DNA of 64,000 nt from an uncultured Acidobacteriota bacterium (GCA_963830815.1 CAWHNN010000004.1:34061-98060), one strand, 5' to 3'; shown: positions 35,343-50,105, counted from the stretch's first letter. The notes: a model not told the origin generated them from the sequence alone. Made by a program: numbers and translations.

Positions 35343-36181
35343 TAACTTCCGGCCTTGCCGCCCGTCCAGCCGAGCTCCGCGCGGCCGTCGTTCTTCAGCT
35401 GGGCCCGCAGCGTGCCCTTGGCCCGCGATGGCAGGCGGCTCCGCTGCTCGCCCATGACCTTCCATTGCGTCAGCGAGGTCCTCGACGCTGCCGTTTGTCG
35501 GCAGCAGGCGATAGTCGGCGCCGCCGCAGTCGATGAAGTCACACATCTCGTGCATGCGTGAGTACATGCGCGAGCCGACCCGCACGCGGAGCGAGTCGAG
35601 CGCTTCGGCGTCGGGATTGTCCGCGTAGTTCGACGTGAAGATCGTGACCAACCGGTGGTTGTAGCGCGAGTTGACGATAAAGGTCATCGTCTCTTCGACC
35701 CATTCCGTCGGTCTTGTCCTTGCCGACGTCGTCAAGGACCAGCAGCGGGACCGAGAGGAGCGGCTGCAGAATCTGCATCTCGGCCGTTTTCATCACCGGG
35801 TTGTAGGTGCTGCGAATCAGCCGCAGCAGGTCTGTGACCTCGTAGAAGAGCGCCTTCGCACCCGCGCGCGAGCGCGCTTCTCAGCGCGGCGACGGCCAGA
35901 TGGGTCTTGCCGATCCCGTGCGGGCCGATCAGGCAGAGGCCTTTGGCGCCGGCGGGGAAATTTTCGGCGAAGCGGCGAACCGCGGCTACCGCGTTGACCA
36001 GCTTCTCGTTGCGGTAGACCTGGAAGTTGTCGAAGTCGCAGCGGCGATAGCGCGGCGGGATGCGGGCGTCCTCGAACAGGCGGCGCGTGTGCTCGCCCTG
36101 CCAGCACTCGCAGCGCACGACGCGCCGCACGCCGTCGACCTCAACAGGCTTCCAACCGGTATCGTCGCAGGTGGAGCACAT
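35342..36181 (-). CDS. DnaC/DnaI/IstB-like ATPase with N-terminal Cys cluster (indels)
   Basis: CSTCDDTGW..RCEC, ARIPPRY..FDNF, Walker A GPHGIGKTHLA, LLVLDD, IVNSRYN, IFTSN, RMYSRMHEMC. Confidence 0.85.
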
Positions 36182-36186
36182 GGGCA

Positions 36187-36277
36187 AGTGCTGAATGGCG
36201 AATGCTGAATGCTGAATGCTCGGAGTTGTATGTCAATTGTAACCGACTCCGCCATTCAGCATGCACTTCAGCATTCA
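36187..36277. repeat. Palindromic AATGCTG heptamer element with a central stem
   Basis: Five aatgctg-like units, central cggagt...actccg, then inverted cattcagc units. Confidence 0.8.
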
Positions 36278-36299
36278 CGCGGCATCGTCATCGATTCAG

Positions 36300-36698
<399 letters not shown>

Positions 36699-36714
36699 CG
36701 TCCGCTCTGGCCCT

Positions 36715-37815
36715 TCAGGCGTCGAGATTCTCGAAGCGCCCGCTCCTGACATCGTCTCTGTTGATCGCCGCGAACTCGCGCATGATTTCTATCGATCGCT
36801 CGTCGAGCTTCCGCGGCAGGACCAGCGTGACATCGAACAGCAGATCGCCGCGGCCGCCGCTCGACCGGACGAGTCCGCCGCCGGCAACGCGCAAGCGCTG
36901 CCCGGCTTGCGTTCCTGCCGGCACGTGCAGCTCGATGGTGCCCTCGAGCGAGGGCACCGGAATCGCCGCGCCCAGCGCCGCTTCGTGCACCGCCACCGGC
37001 AGGGGACAGACGAGGTCGTCACCCTCGCGACGGAAGAACGGGTGCGGCTGAACGTGGACGGTGATGTAGAGATCGCCGGGCCCGCCGCCGTGACGGCCCG
37101 CGTGTCCCATCTCGCGCACTCGCAGCCGTCCGCCATCAGTGATGCCGGCAGGCACCGCGACGGCAACGGCTTCGCTTCGCACGTTGCGCCCCTGTCCCGC
37201 GCAGACCGCGCAGCGGGCGCGAGTCTGTCGGCCTTCTCCGCCGCACGACGCGCACGGCTTCGAGAACCGCATGTGCCCCCGCGCCCAGGGGATCTGTCCC
37301 AGCCCCTGGCATTCGCGACAGGTCATTTCGGGAATCGCCACCTGGCCGGCGCCGCCGCACGCGCCGCAGAGGACCTGCCGCGTCACCAGCACCTGCCGCT
37401 CGACGCCGAGCACCGAATCAGCGAACGAGATCGTGACCGCAGCATGCAGGTCGACTCCGACTTCTGGTCGATTCGCTCCCGCCCCCGGCATCGGGTGCAG
37501 GACTTCAGCGAACAGCTCGCTGAACGTCGACGCCTGTGCGCCGCGCTTCGCGGCTGAAAAATCGAACTCGGCGAACACGAACGACGCCGATTCGATCGCG
37601 GGCGATCCGCCCGGCCCCGCCATGTCGTACTGCCGCCGCCGCCCCGGATCGACCAGCGTCTCGTACGCTTCGACGATCCGCTCGAACATCTCCTCGGCCG
37701 CGCGATCGCCCGGGTTGACGCCCGGGTGATAGCGGCGCGCCAGCCGGCGGTACGCCCGCTTGATGTCGTCCGTGCTCGCTTCCTGCGGCACGCCGAGGAT
37801 GGAGTAGAAGTCCAT
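36715..37815 (-). CDS. dnaJ: DnaJ class A co-chaperone with a variant HPG motif
   Basis: J domain (DFYSILGV..RRYHPGVNPGD), four CxxCxGxG repeats, C-terminal DnaJ domain. Confidence 0.85.
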   Translation of the reverse strand: MDFYSILGVPQEASTDDIKRAYRRLARRYHPGVNPGDRAAEEMFERIVEAYETLVDPGRRRQYDMAGPGGSPAIESASFVFAEFDFSAAKRGAQASTFSELFAEVLHPMPGAGANRPEVGVDLHAAVTISFADSVLGVERQVLVTRQVLCGACGGAGQVAIPEMTCRECQGLGQIPWARGHMRFSKPCASCGGEGRQTRARCAVCAGQGRNVRSEAVAVAVPAGITDGGRLRVREMGHAGRHGGGPGDLYITVHVQPHPFFRREGDDLVCPLPVAVHEAALGAAIPVPSLEGTIELHVPAGTQAGQRLRVAGGGLVRSSGGRGDLLFDVTLVLPRKLDERSIEIMREFAAINRDDVRSGRFENLDA

Positions 37816-37817
37816 CG

Positions 37818-37941
37818 ACGTTCAGAGTTCGGGTTCAGCGTTCAGGGTTCGGGGTTCGAGGTTCGGGGTCGTATCGTCCAGCGGTCAGGAACTTGAACCC
37901 GTGAACTCGAACCCTGAACCTGAACCCTGAACCCCGATCCG
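37818..37941. repeat. Palindromic GGTTCAG-type heptamer element between dnaK and dnaJ
   Basis: About 7 nnGTTCr units, short spacer, about 7 yGAACnn units. Confidence 0.85.
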
Positions 37942-39858
<1,917 letters not shown>

Positions 39859-39927
39859 GTGCTCAGTTCCTCTCGTATCCGGCCGCGACCATTGGAGTGG
39901 CCTGCAGCCAAGCTTTATAACGAACGC

Positions 39928-39956
39928 AGTATATTATCTTAGTCACATGATGTCAA
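39928..39956 (-). promoter_or_regulatory. Sigma70-type promoter of dnaK, overlapped by a degenerate HAIR-like site
   Basis: Minus strand TTGACA-17 nt-TATACT; ATTGACA-N7-ACTAAGA resembles the HspR operator CTTGAGT-N7-ACTCAAG. Confidence 0.75.
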
Positions 39957-40072
39957 TATCGACCAATTGATCGCCCGTAAGTTGGTGCTATACTTGCCCT
40001 TGCCAGCCTGCCCGTGGTGGATTCAGCGCACGCCTTGAGTCCGCCCTGTGTTGTATTGCTCCCGAGGTTTTT

Positions 40073-42170
40073 ATGCCCCGCCTGGCTGTCGTCGTGACAC
40101 CTCTTCTTGTGTGGTCACTGTGGGCTCCGGCCTCGTCTTCGGCGCAGAGCGTCCAGGACGCCCGCGGCGACTCCCCCGCTCACATCTCAGTCGTCGATGG
40201 CGCTGCGTCTCTCGAGCGTGACGGACAGTCGGAGTCCGCGCCCGCGTCGATGCCGCTGCTTGCCGGCGATCGCATTCGCACGCAGAACGGCCGCGTCGAA
40301 ATCCTGTTCGACGACGGCAGCACGCTGCACCTCGACGGGAATACGCTCGTGGACTTTCAGTCCGACGAAGTCGTGCGGCTGCTCGGCGGCCGCGTGCGAC
40401 TCAATATCCTCGGCGCCGGAGCCGCCGCTCGCACTGTCTCCTACCGCGTCGACGCGCCATCGGCATGGGTCCAGATCGCGCGCGCCGGCGAGTACCGCGT
40501 CTCGATCATCGACGGGCCAGAAGGACGGGGCGATGATGTCGAGCTCGCCGTCCTGCGCGGCGGCGCAGAGCTCGTCAACGAGGACGGACGGACGATGCTC
40601 GGCGCTGGAGAGCGCGCGTTCGCTCGCGCCGGCTCGCGCCCTTCCCCCTCTTACGTTTTCAACTCTGCGGCGTGGGACGATTTCGATCGCTGGTCGGAAG
40701 CTCGCCGCGACAGCCGGCTCGGCGTGTCAGCCGAGTACCTGCCCGAGAACGTTCAAACCTACGCGTCGACATTCAACCAGTACGGGTCCTGGCAGAACGA
40801 GCCAACCTACGGCTACGTCTGGTACCCGCGAGTGCAGACAGGCTGGCGGCCGTACTACTACGGACGATGGACGACGCTTCGCCCGTGGGGCTGGACGTGG
40901 ATCGGGAGCGACCCGTGGGCGTGGCCGACGCATCACTACGGACGCTGGGGTTTCTCGGCCGGCGCATGGTTCTGGATTCCCGGCCGCACCTGGGGTCCGG
41001 CGTGGGTCTCATGGGCCTACGCGCCCGGATACGTCAGCTGGTGCCCGCTCGGCTGGAACAACCGCGCGGTCTTCGGATTCAACGCCGGCATCTACGGTGG
41101 CCATCGATACAACGGGTGGAACGCGTGGACGGTCGTTCCCCACAACGGCTTCGGCCGCGGCTACGTGAACGTCAACGTGGTCAACCATACGCGCATCGAC
41201 GTGCGCACGCGCAACGCGTTCGTGATTCGCGACGGCGCTCCGGACAATCGGGGATACGCCGTCCCACGCTCCTCAGCGGCCATTCGCTCGGTCGGGGCGC
41301 GAGGCCCGTCGACCGGTACAAACGGTTCCTACAGCGCCTCACGCTGCGCGCCGGGCGGGGTCTCCTCTTCGAACACAGTCGCTGGTGATACCGGCGCCGC
41401 GTTTCGCAGCCGGCGTTCGTCCTCCGCTCCCTTGACGGGCAGCGGTTATCCGGCGCCGGCCCGGCAACCGCGCGACATAACTTCGTTGCCAGCGCCGACG
41501 CGACAGGCCGTTCCGCGCACGCGTGAGCGCGGACGCTACGTCCCCGCCGTCAACACGATCGACCTCGAGCCCACAGGACATTCGCACGGCCGGGACTCCG
41601 GATACGCGCTCATTCAGCGAGCGTCGCGCCGTTCCCCGAGCGTCTGCTCCGATCGACCAGGGGAACGTCGCCGAGCCGGCACGTCGAAGTCCCGCATACC
41701 GCGCGCCCGACGCGTCGTCATCAAATCCCTACAGCCGCGCCGAGGTCTACCGCGCCGTGCCTCGCACGGACCGCCCGGCTCGCGAGAGCGATTCGCCGCC
41801 ACCAGCGCCGTCTTTTGGCACGTCGCCTCAGCGGAGCTACCGCAGTGGAGTGCCTGATGCGTCCGACCGGATGTATCGAGCAACCCCAAGGTCGACTCCT
41901 GACAACAGCAGCCCGACGCCGACTTACCGCGCGCCGGAAGGCTACAGATCGCGGCCTGGTCCCGAGCGAAGCGCCCCGGCCCCGTCTACTGCGGCCCCGT
42001 CTGCCCCGGCACCGCAATCGGTGGCGCCGTCGCGGCCGTCGGGTCCAAGCGGCGGTGAATCGCGTTCCGGAGGCGATGGTGGCTCCCGCTCTCGCAGCGG
42101 CAGTGGCAATGGTGGCGGTGGCGGCGGCCAGCCGTCCGGACGAGCCGTTCCGCGGGGCGGACGGGGATAG
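40073..42170 (+). CDS. Secreted FecR-domain and DUF6600-like protein with a disordered P/S/R tail (indels)
   Basis: Signal peptide; MPLLAGDRIRTQNGRVEI..DGSTL; W/Y/G-rich GYVWYP, WRPYYYGRW, HYGRW, WGPAWV; low-complexity C-terminus. Confidence 0.75.
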
Positions 42171-42204
42171 CGCCGGCTGCGGAGTGTCCGGCTGTAGCCG
42201 GAAC

Positions 42205-44490
42205 ATGATCTGGCTGGCAAGGAAAACGAGGTCAGGATCGTCGTGAGCTTTGCTCGTCGCGCGGGTATCGTCGCGCTCTTCCTTCGTCGCTGCCGGCCTC
42301 GGGATCGCGTCAGGCGTGCTCTTCGCCTACGCCGGAGATCTCCCGCGGATTTCCGCTCTCGACGATTACGCACCGAGCACGATCTCGCGCGTCTACGGCG
42401 CGCGGGGCGAGGTCGTCGGCGAGTTCGCAATCGAGCGCCGCGAGGTCGTTCCATACGAGCAGATTTCTCCCTTCCTCGAGCAGGCAATCCTGTCCGCCGA
42501 AGACGACGGGTTCTATCAGCACGTCGGTCTCAGCATCCCGCGCATCATCGTTACGCTCATCAAGGACATCGTGCAGCGACGCATGCACGGCGCCAGCACG
42601 CTGACGCAGCAGCTCACGCGCAAGCTGTTCCTGACCGACGACAAGACGCCTGAGCGAAAGATCAAAGAGGCGATCCTCGCGATCCAGATCGAGAAGCGCT
42701 ACACCAAGCGCGAGATTTTCACGCTCTACTGCAACCAGATGTACTTCGGCCACGGCGTCTACGGCGTCGAGGCGGCCTCGCGGCTTTACTTTGGCAAGTC
42801 CGCGAAAGACGTATCGATCGAGGAGGCCGCGCTCATTGCCGGCATTCTCCAGGGGAACGTCCGGCAGAGCCCGTATGTGAATCGCGACGCAGCGATGCGG
42901 CGTCGGAACTACACCCTGGGACGCATGGCCGACGTCGGCTACATCACGGCCGCGCAGGCAGAGGAATTGAAGAAGAAGCCGATTGTCGTCCGACCCGACC
43001 CTCCAGGACAGGCATCGTCCGCAGCGCCGTATTTCCTGGAAGAAGTGCGACGCGAGCTCGAAAGCCGATACGGCGCCAAGCAGCTCTACGAGAACGGCCT
43101 CTCGATTCAGACAGCCATCGATCTGCGTCTCCAGGAAGCCGCGTCACAAGCTCTGAACGAAGGGCTGCGACGAATCGACAAGCGGCGTGGCTTCCGTAAG
43201 CCCAGAAGAAATGTCATCGCCGAAGGGCATTCGATCGAGACCTTCCGCCAGCCGCGCTGGGAGCGGCCGATGTCCGCTGGACAGATCGTTCCCGCAGTCG
43301 TCACCGGCGTGGACGCCACGGCGATCCAGCTGCGCGTCGGATCGTCGCGCGTCACGATCGATCGGAAGGGATTTGGCTGGCTCGGGAAGACGGCTCCGAC
43401 GCAGGTCCTGACACGAGGCGATCTCGTCGAGACGCGACTCCTCGCACCGCCCGACGGCACGTCACCGGTGGCGGGTACGCTCGAGCAGGCCCCCGAGGTC
43501 GAGGGCGCCGTGCTCATCCTCGACAACAAGACCGGCCAGGTCCTGACGATGGTCGGCGGATACAGCTTCGAGCGGAGCAAGTTCAATCGCGCGACGCAGG
43601 CGAACCGCCAGGTCGGCTCAGCATTCAAGCCGATCGTCTACACCGCGGCGATCGACAGCGGCTATACGCCGGTCACCGTGCTGATGGACACGCCCGTCAG
43701 TTTCCCCGGGGGTACCGGACAGCCGGCGTACGCGCCACTCAACTACGACCGCGAATTCGAGGGCCCAATCACGTTGCGCCGCGCCCTCGAGCAGTCACGC
43801 AATGTTCCGGCGGTGCGTGTCATGGATCAATTGGGACCAAACCAGGTCATCACATACGCCCGCCGGCTCGGCCTCGAGTCGCCCCTGCCGCCCTACCTGG
43901 CAGTCGCGCTCGGCGCCGCTGAAGCGACACTCACGGAGATGACCAGCGCCTATTCGGTTTACCCGAACCAGGGCGTGCGCATGCGCCCGTACTCCGTCCT
44001 GAAGGTGACGGATCGGGAAGGCAACGTCCTCGAAGAGAACAGGCCCGAGCCGAAGGACGCCATTCGCGCCGACACCGCGTTCGTGATGACCAACCTCCTG
44101 CGCGGCGTCGTCCAGCGTGGTACCGCCCAGAAGGCCGCGGCGTTGAACTGGCCGGTCGGCGGCAAGACCGGCACCACGGACGACTATACCGACGCCTGGT
44201 TCATCGGCTTCGACCCGGACATCACGATCGGAGTGTGGACGGGGTTCGATCAGAAGCGCACGATGGGGCCCGCCGGCACCGGGGCAGATTCCGCCCTCCC
44301 GATCTGGATCGAGATCATGAAGGCCTGGATTGGCAAGCGGACAGAGGCGCCGAACTTCGAGGCGCCGGGCAACATCGTCTTTGTCTCGGTCGATCGCGGG
44401 TCGGGAAACCCGGCGCCTGAGGGTACGCCGGACGCGATCACGGAATCCTTCATCTCAGGCACGCAGCCGGGTTCAGGATTCAGGCAGTAG
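42205..44490 (+). CDS. mrcA: Class A penicillin-binding protein 1A (5' end disturbed by indels)
   Basis: AEDDGFYQH, GASTLTQQL, RKIKE, GSAFK (SxxK), SRN, KTGT. Confidence 0.93.
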
Positions 44491-44493
44491 CGC

Positions 44494-45622
44494 TTACTCC
44501 TCGTCCGGGGCCGCTTGACCGAGCGTGCCCGCCGCCTTCTTCATCAAATAAGCCTTGATGAACGTGTCGAGGTCGCCGTCGAGCACGCGATTGACGTCGC
44601 CGACTTCTTCCTTCGTGCGGTGATCCTTGATCAGCTGATACGGATGGAGCACGTAGCTGCGGATCTGGCTGCCGAAGGCGATGTCCTTCTTCTCACCGCC
44701 AATCTGATCCAGCTTCGCCTGCTGCTCTTTCATCTTCAAGTCGTAGAGCCGGGACTTCAGGACTTTCATCGCCTGCGCGCGGTTCTTGTGCTGTGAACGC
44801 TCGTTCTGACACGAAACGACTATCCCGGTCGGGATGTGCGTGAGGCGGACCGCGGAATCGGTGACGTTGACGTGCTGCCCGCCGGCGCCGCTCGACCGGT
44901 AGGTATCGACGCGCAGGTCCTTGTCCTCGATCTCGACCTCGACATCCTCGGGCAGTTCCGGCCAGACGAAGACCGAGGCAAACGAGGTGTGGCGGCGGGA
45001 CGCCTGATTGTACGGCGAGATGCGCACCAACCGATGCACGCCCGCCTCGGCGAGGAGCATCCCGTAGGCATAGTCGCCCTGTATCGTGAGCGTCGCGCTC
45101 TTGATCCCGGCCTCATCGCCGGGCTGGAGGTCGATGAGCTCGCGCTTGAACCCGCGGCGCTCTATCCAGCGGACGTACATCCGCAAGAGCATCTCGGCCC
45201 AATCCTGGGACTCGGTACCACCGGCACCGGGATGGATCGTGACGATCGCGTTCTTGCGGTCGTGCTCGCCGCCGAGCATCTTCTTCGTTTCGCCGGCATC
45301 GACCTGCGCCGACAGCTCGTCGAGAGCGCGGCCGAGATCGGCCTCGACAGGCTCCCCAGCTGCCGCCCATTCGATCAGCACCTGCAGATCGTCAAGCTTG
45401 CCCTGGAGCGAGTCACGCAGCTGGATGTCTTCCTCCAGCCGGCGGCGGCGCTGCTGGACCTTCTGCGCGTTGGCCTGGTCCTTCCAGAAGTCGGGGGCGG
45501 CGGCGAGCTCCTCTATCTTGGCGAGCTCGATCCTGGGGCGTGCGGCGTCAAAGATAGCTCCGCAGGTCGCCGGCGCGGCGCGCCAGGTCCTCGTACCTGC
45601 GAAGCTGATCGTCGTTGGGCAT
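44494..45622 (-). CDS. prfB: Peptide chain release factor 2 with programmed +1 frameshift
   Basis: 24 codons from ATG 45622, then CTT TGA C at 45553-45547; GGTES, SPY anticodon-mimic, GGQ, GSQIRSYV. Confidence 0.95.
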
Positions 45623-45629
45623 AGGCAGA

Positions 45630-45670
45630 AATGCTGAATGCTGAATTTCGAGTGCTGAATGAATGGTGAA
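45630..45670. repeat. AATGCTG-type heptamer array upstream of prfB
   Basis: aatgctg aatgctg aatttcg agtgctg aatg aatggtg. Confidence 0.7.
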
Positions 45671-45679
45671 AAGATGATT

Positions 45680-47213
45680 TTAGCGCATTCGCCAGGATGC
45701 GATCAGCGCCGCCACCGAAAACGCCAGCGACAACCATGCGATGGCGTCGCCGATGCTCGTGTAGACCGTGCGCGTCTTCAGCAACCGCACGTCCTGCACC
45801 AGGACATCCTGCTCGAAGACTTTCGACTTCTCGACGACGCGGCCGTAGGGGTCGACGAAGCCGCTGACGCCGGTATTCGCGGAGCGGGCCAGATAGCGGC
45901 CGTTCTCAATCGCGCGCATCGCCGCCTGATCCCAATGCTGATAGGCGGCCGATGTCCGCCCGTACCAGCCGTCGTTGGTGATCGTTGTCAGCAGCTCGCT
46001 GCCATCGAGCACGAACTGCCGCATGAGGCTGCCATAGATGACTTCGTAGCAGATGGCCGTGCTCACCTTGTGATCGCCAACGGGCAGGATCACTGCGCGC
46101 GTCCCCGGCGTGAACGCCGACACGGCGTCGACGATCGGCCCGACGAAGAAGAGCAGCCGTTGCAGGGGCACGTACTCGCCAAACGGCACGAGGTGCATCT
46201 TGCGGTAGACGTCCGCGGTGCTGCCATCGGGCCGGATGAGAAACGCGGCGTTGTACTGGCGGTTTTCGGGGGCATCCGCGGGTGCGTCGGAACGCACCCG
46301 CTCGACCTGATCGCTGCCGAGGAGCAGCGTGATGCCGGTCTCGCGAGCAAGACGGCGCGCGAGATGGCCGCGGATGTCGTCCTCGAAATAGACTGGAAAA
46401 GACGACTCGGGCCACAACACGAACTTCGCACCGCGGCTGACGGCGACTCTCGTCAACGACAGGTAGCGACTGATGATCAGGTCCTGCAGCGCCGGGTTCC
46501 ACTTCTCGTCCTGCGCGATGTTGCCCTGCACGACAGCGACGCGCAGCGGCTCGCCGGCCGACGTCAGCGTCCCCTGACCCATCCGCCATCGTCCCCACAC
46601 CGCGCAGGCCACGATCAATGCGGCAACCATCACGGCAACAGACACAACGCCGCCGGTCAACGCGCTCCACTATCAAGAGCGCTGCCGCTGACGACGCGAG
46701 CACGAGCAACAGCGACAAGCCGTACACGCCAGTGAGGCTGGCGAGCTGCGCGATCGGGAGAACGGAGACCTGGCTGTATCCGAGAAGGGCCCACGGAAAG
46801 CCGTCCCAGACGTACTGCCTGCCAAGCTCTGTCGCGACCCAGACAGGGGCGGCACACAGCACTGCGCCGTGGACGCCGAGCGACCTGCGCAACCGCGCCA
46901 CGGCCATGGCGAACGCAGCGGGAAAGAGCGACAGGTAGGCAACGAGCAGGCCGGCGACGAGAACCGCGACTGGCAGCGCCAGTCCGCCAAACGTCGTCAT
47001 CGTCTCGACCAGCCAGTACAGGGTGCCCGCGAAGTAGCCGGCGCCGGTCAGCAGGCCGAGAAAGCAGGCGCTTCGAGTCGTCCGCGGTGAAGACGGACGC
47101 ACGAGCGCGACGATAAGCGGGGTAAGGGCCACCCAGGCGAAGGCTGGGTGGCCGAACTTCGGAAAACTGAGCGTCAGCAGGACGCCAGACAGGAGCGCTA
47201 GCGAAGAATCCAG
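45680..47213 (-). CDS. lnt: Apolipoprotein N-acyltransferase (indels; start approximate)
   Basis: GFPWALLGYSQ, VQGNI, WPES, KMHLVPFGEYVP, ICYE, TNDGWY, RSANTGVS. Confidence 0.92.
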
Positions 47214-47921
47214 GGCTGGAACTGCTCTTCTCTCTTGAGACGGCCGGCAACCTGCTCGGCTTGCGATCGATCCTCGAACTTGCCGACCTGCACCTTGTAG
47301 TTCTGTACGGGGCTGGTCGGCTGCGGCCGCACGAGGAATGCCGGATAACCCTTGGAGCTCAGACGCTGGACGACCGCGTTGGCGGCAGCCTGATCGGTAA
47401 GGGCCACAACCTGCACAGCCCAGATTCCGGACTTCTTTGCAGAGGGCTCTGAGGCGCCGGTCGTTCCCTGAGGCGTTTTTTCTGTATCAGCCTGCTTTGT
47501 CTCGGCTTGCTTGGCAGCCGTCTGCTGCAGGCTGCGGTGCCGGAACGTCGACAGGAGGCGGCGTCGCGACTACCGGAGCAGAGACCGGCGCGGCCGGTGT
47601 TTCGGCTTTCGCCGTGAGCGTCTCTGCCGGCGCCTTTTCAGACTCGAGGCGATTCTTGTAAGTGAGAGGCTCCGGCGGCGGCGCTTCGCTTGGCGGCACC
47701 GCTGGAACCGATGCAGTAGGCCCGGATGCCGAGGCCGGCGGCGATGTGCTCGCGGCTGCGTTCACGACTTCTCCGCGCACGCCGCGGCCCACGAGCACGC
47801 CGCACAGGAAGATGACCACTGAGACGACCGTGGTGGCCATGAAGAGAAACACGAGCTGCTTGCCGCTCAGTTGAATCTCGTGAAAGCCGTCGTCGGGTGC
47901 GTCGTGTGAAAGATCTGTCAC
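47198..47921 (-). CDS. SPOR-domain bitopic membrane protein (DedD/FtsN-like; indel)
   Basis: EIQLSGKQLVFLF TM segment, P/A linker, WAVQVVAL..GYPAF..YKVQVGKF. Confidence 0.8.
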
Positions 47922-47932
47922 AGCTTCGATCC

Positions 47933-48706
47933 TCAGCGCTCGGTGTTTCGTGCCGATCCGACCGAGCCCAGCAAGTTGAGCAGCTCGATCGGCAGGGGAA
48001 AGACGATTGTGGAGTTTTTCTCGGACGCGATCTCGGTCAGCGTCTGCAAGTAGCGAAGCGTGACCGTGACAGGTTCCCGTGCGATGACCGTTGCAGCCTG
48101 GCTGAGTTTTTCCGACGCTTCCAACTCGCCTTCCGCGTGGATGATCTTAGCACGCTTCTCGCGCTCGGCTTCGGCCTGGCGCGCCATCGCGCGCTGCATG
48201 TCTGGCGGAAGATCGACGTGCTTCACTTCCACCGACGACACCTTGATGCCCCAGACGTCGGTGCGCTGATCGAGAATCTGCTGCAGCTGATGATTCAGCT
48301 TCTCGCGCTGCGACAGCAGATCATCGAGCTCGACTTCGCCGAGGACGCTGCGCAGCGTCGTCTGCGCCAGCTGCGACGTCGCGTAGTGATAACTCTCGAC
48401 CTCGACGATCGCCCGCCGCGGATCCATGACCCGGAAGTAGACGACGGCGTTGACCTTGACCGAGACGTTGTCGCGCGTGATGACATCCTGCGGCGGCACG
48501 TCCATGACGATCGTTCGCAGGCTGACGCGAACCATGCGATCGATGGGAGCGAACACAAGGACCACGCCGGGGCCCTTGGGATGCGGCAACAGCTTGCCGA
48601 GCCGGAAGACGATCGCGCGCTCGTACTCGTTCAGAATCTTGATCGAGCTGAAGATGTAGAACGCCACGATGGCGAGAAAGATGAGCAGTGGTGGTGCGAT
48701 GAGCAC
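47933..48706 (-). CDS. SPFH/stomatin (slipin) protein
   Basis: [47 protein letters not shown]. Confidence 0.93.
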   Translation of the reverse strand: MLIAPPLLIFLAIVAFYIFSSIKILNEYERAIVFRLGKLLPHPKGPGVVLVFAPIDRMVRVSLRTIVMDVPPQDVITRDNVSVKVNAVVYFRVMDPRRAIVEVESYHYATSQLAQTTLRSVLGEVELDDLLSQREKLNHQLQQILDQRTDVWGIKVSSVEVKHVDLPPDMQRAMARQAEAEREKRAKIIHAEGELEASEKLSQAATVIAREPVTVTLRYLQTLTEIASEKNSTIVFPLPIELLNLLGSVGSARNTER

Positions 48707-48710
48707 GTGA

Positions 48711-50105
48711 CTAGCCCTCTCGTGCCTGGCGGCCAACGCCGTCGCCAACCGGAATGGCTGGCGCCGCGCGATCCGGCCGCACTGTGAGCAACAAACCGTC
48801 GAGACCGACGATGCGCACCATTTCACCCGCGTTTATCGGCTCGGTGGCCGTCGCGGACCAGAGCTCGCCACGGGTCTGGACCCGGCCCGTCGTCCCTGGC
48901 GCTATGGAGGTTACTGCCTGGGCCAGGCTCTGCAGCATGCCGTCCTCGCCAGTAACCGGTTGAATCCGTTGGGCTTTGACCGCCAGCTGCACGAGAAAAA
49001 TGACGATGGCTGAGAGCGTGAGCGTGACAGGGAGCACGAATCGCATCCCGAGCTGGAACTCCGGTAACGGCGAATCGATCAGCAGGATCGAGCCAAAGAA
49101 CAGGCTGAGGATGCCCCCGACCGCGAGCAGGCCGTAGCTCGTAACCTTCACCTCCAGCATCAGAAGAACCAGGCCGAAGAGGATGAGCAGCACGCCGACC
49201 GAGCTCACCGGCAGAACCTGAAACGCGAAAAATGCCAGCAGCAGGCAAATCCCGCCGGCGACGCCCGGCAGGACCGCGCCCGGGTTCCACAGCTCGACGG
49301 TCAGGCCAAGTGTCCCGAGCATCAGGAGCAGATAGGCAATCTGGGGATGGGCAACGGCGCTCAGCACCTTCTGCGCCCAGGTCATCTCGACGTCGCGGCG
49401 GGCCGCGCCTGCGGTACGCAGGGTGACGGGTGTCCCGTCGAAACGATGGATGGTGCGGCCGTCGATCTTCTTGAGCAGATCGGGAAGATCGGTCGCGATG
49501 ACGTCGACGAGCGGCGGCTCGGCGGTTGCCGCCTCCTGCTCGGTGAAGGTCCGGCTCTCCGTCACCGCCTGCTCGACCAGGGTCACGTTGCGCTTGCGCT
49601 GCGTGGCGAGGGTGCGGGCGTATCCGGCGACGTCGGACGTCATTTTCTTCGACATCGTCTCGTCGACTTTTTCCCCGTCACCCGAGACCGGATGAGCGGC
49701 GCCGATGTGCGTGCCGGGCGACATCGCGGCGACGTCGGCGGCCATGGTGATGAGAAACCCGGCGGACGCGGCGCGGCTGCCCGAGGGCGAGACGAAAACG
49801 GCAACGGGCGTCTTCGCCTGGATGATGGCCGTGTTGATGTCGCGCGTCGAATCGACGAGCCCGCCCGGCGTGCGCAGGAAGAGAACCACGAGGCTGGCGC
49901 CCGCGGCGTCGGCCTCTGCGATCGTCTTGCGAACGTAGGCGGTCGCGACCGGATGAATGATGCCGTCGATCTCAGCGACGTAGACGATTGGAGGCGGCGC
50001 TGGGAGGCTCGCTGGCTGCTCGAGCACGGAACCGGCTTCGAGCCAGATCGACTGGGCCGCGGCCAGGATCACGCCGAGTGCGATGCAGGCTCTGCTGGCG
50101 CGCAT
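48711..50105 (-). CDS. nfeD: Long-form NfeD membrane serine protease
   Basis: TPGGL, AASAG, TM bundle, C-terminal OB domain GELWSA; paired with slipin. Confidence 0.9.
   Translation of the reverse strand: MRASRACIALGVILAAAQSIWLEAGSVLEQPASLPAPPPIVYVAEIDGIIHPVATAYVRKTIAEADAAGASLVVLFLRTPGGLVDSTRDINTAIIQAKTPVAVFVSPSGSRAASAGFLITMAADVAAMSPGTHIGAAHPVSGDGEKVDETMSKKMTSDVAGYARTLATQRKRNVTLVEQAVTESRTFTEQEAATAEPPLVDVIATDLPDLLKKIDGRTIHRFDGTPVTLRTAGAARRDVEMTWAQKVLSAVAHPQIAYLLLMLGTLGLTVELWNPGAVLPGVAGGICLLLAFFAFQVLPVSSVGVLLILFGLVLLMLEVKVTSYGLLAVGGILSLFFGSILLIDSPLPEFQLGMRFVLPVTLTLSAIVIFLVQLAVKAQRIQPVTGEDGMLQSLAQAVTSIAPGTTGRVQTRGELWSATATEPINAGEMVRIVGLDGLLLTVRPDRAAPAIPVGDGVGRQAREG

Noticed and set aside
35342..36181. 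IS21 element or prophage replication module
   Set aside because: No IstA/DDE transposase, terminal repeats, integrase or phage genes; flanked by hspR and hemW.
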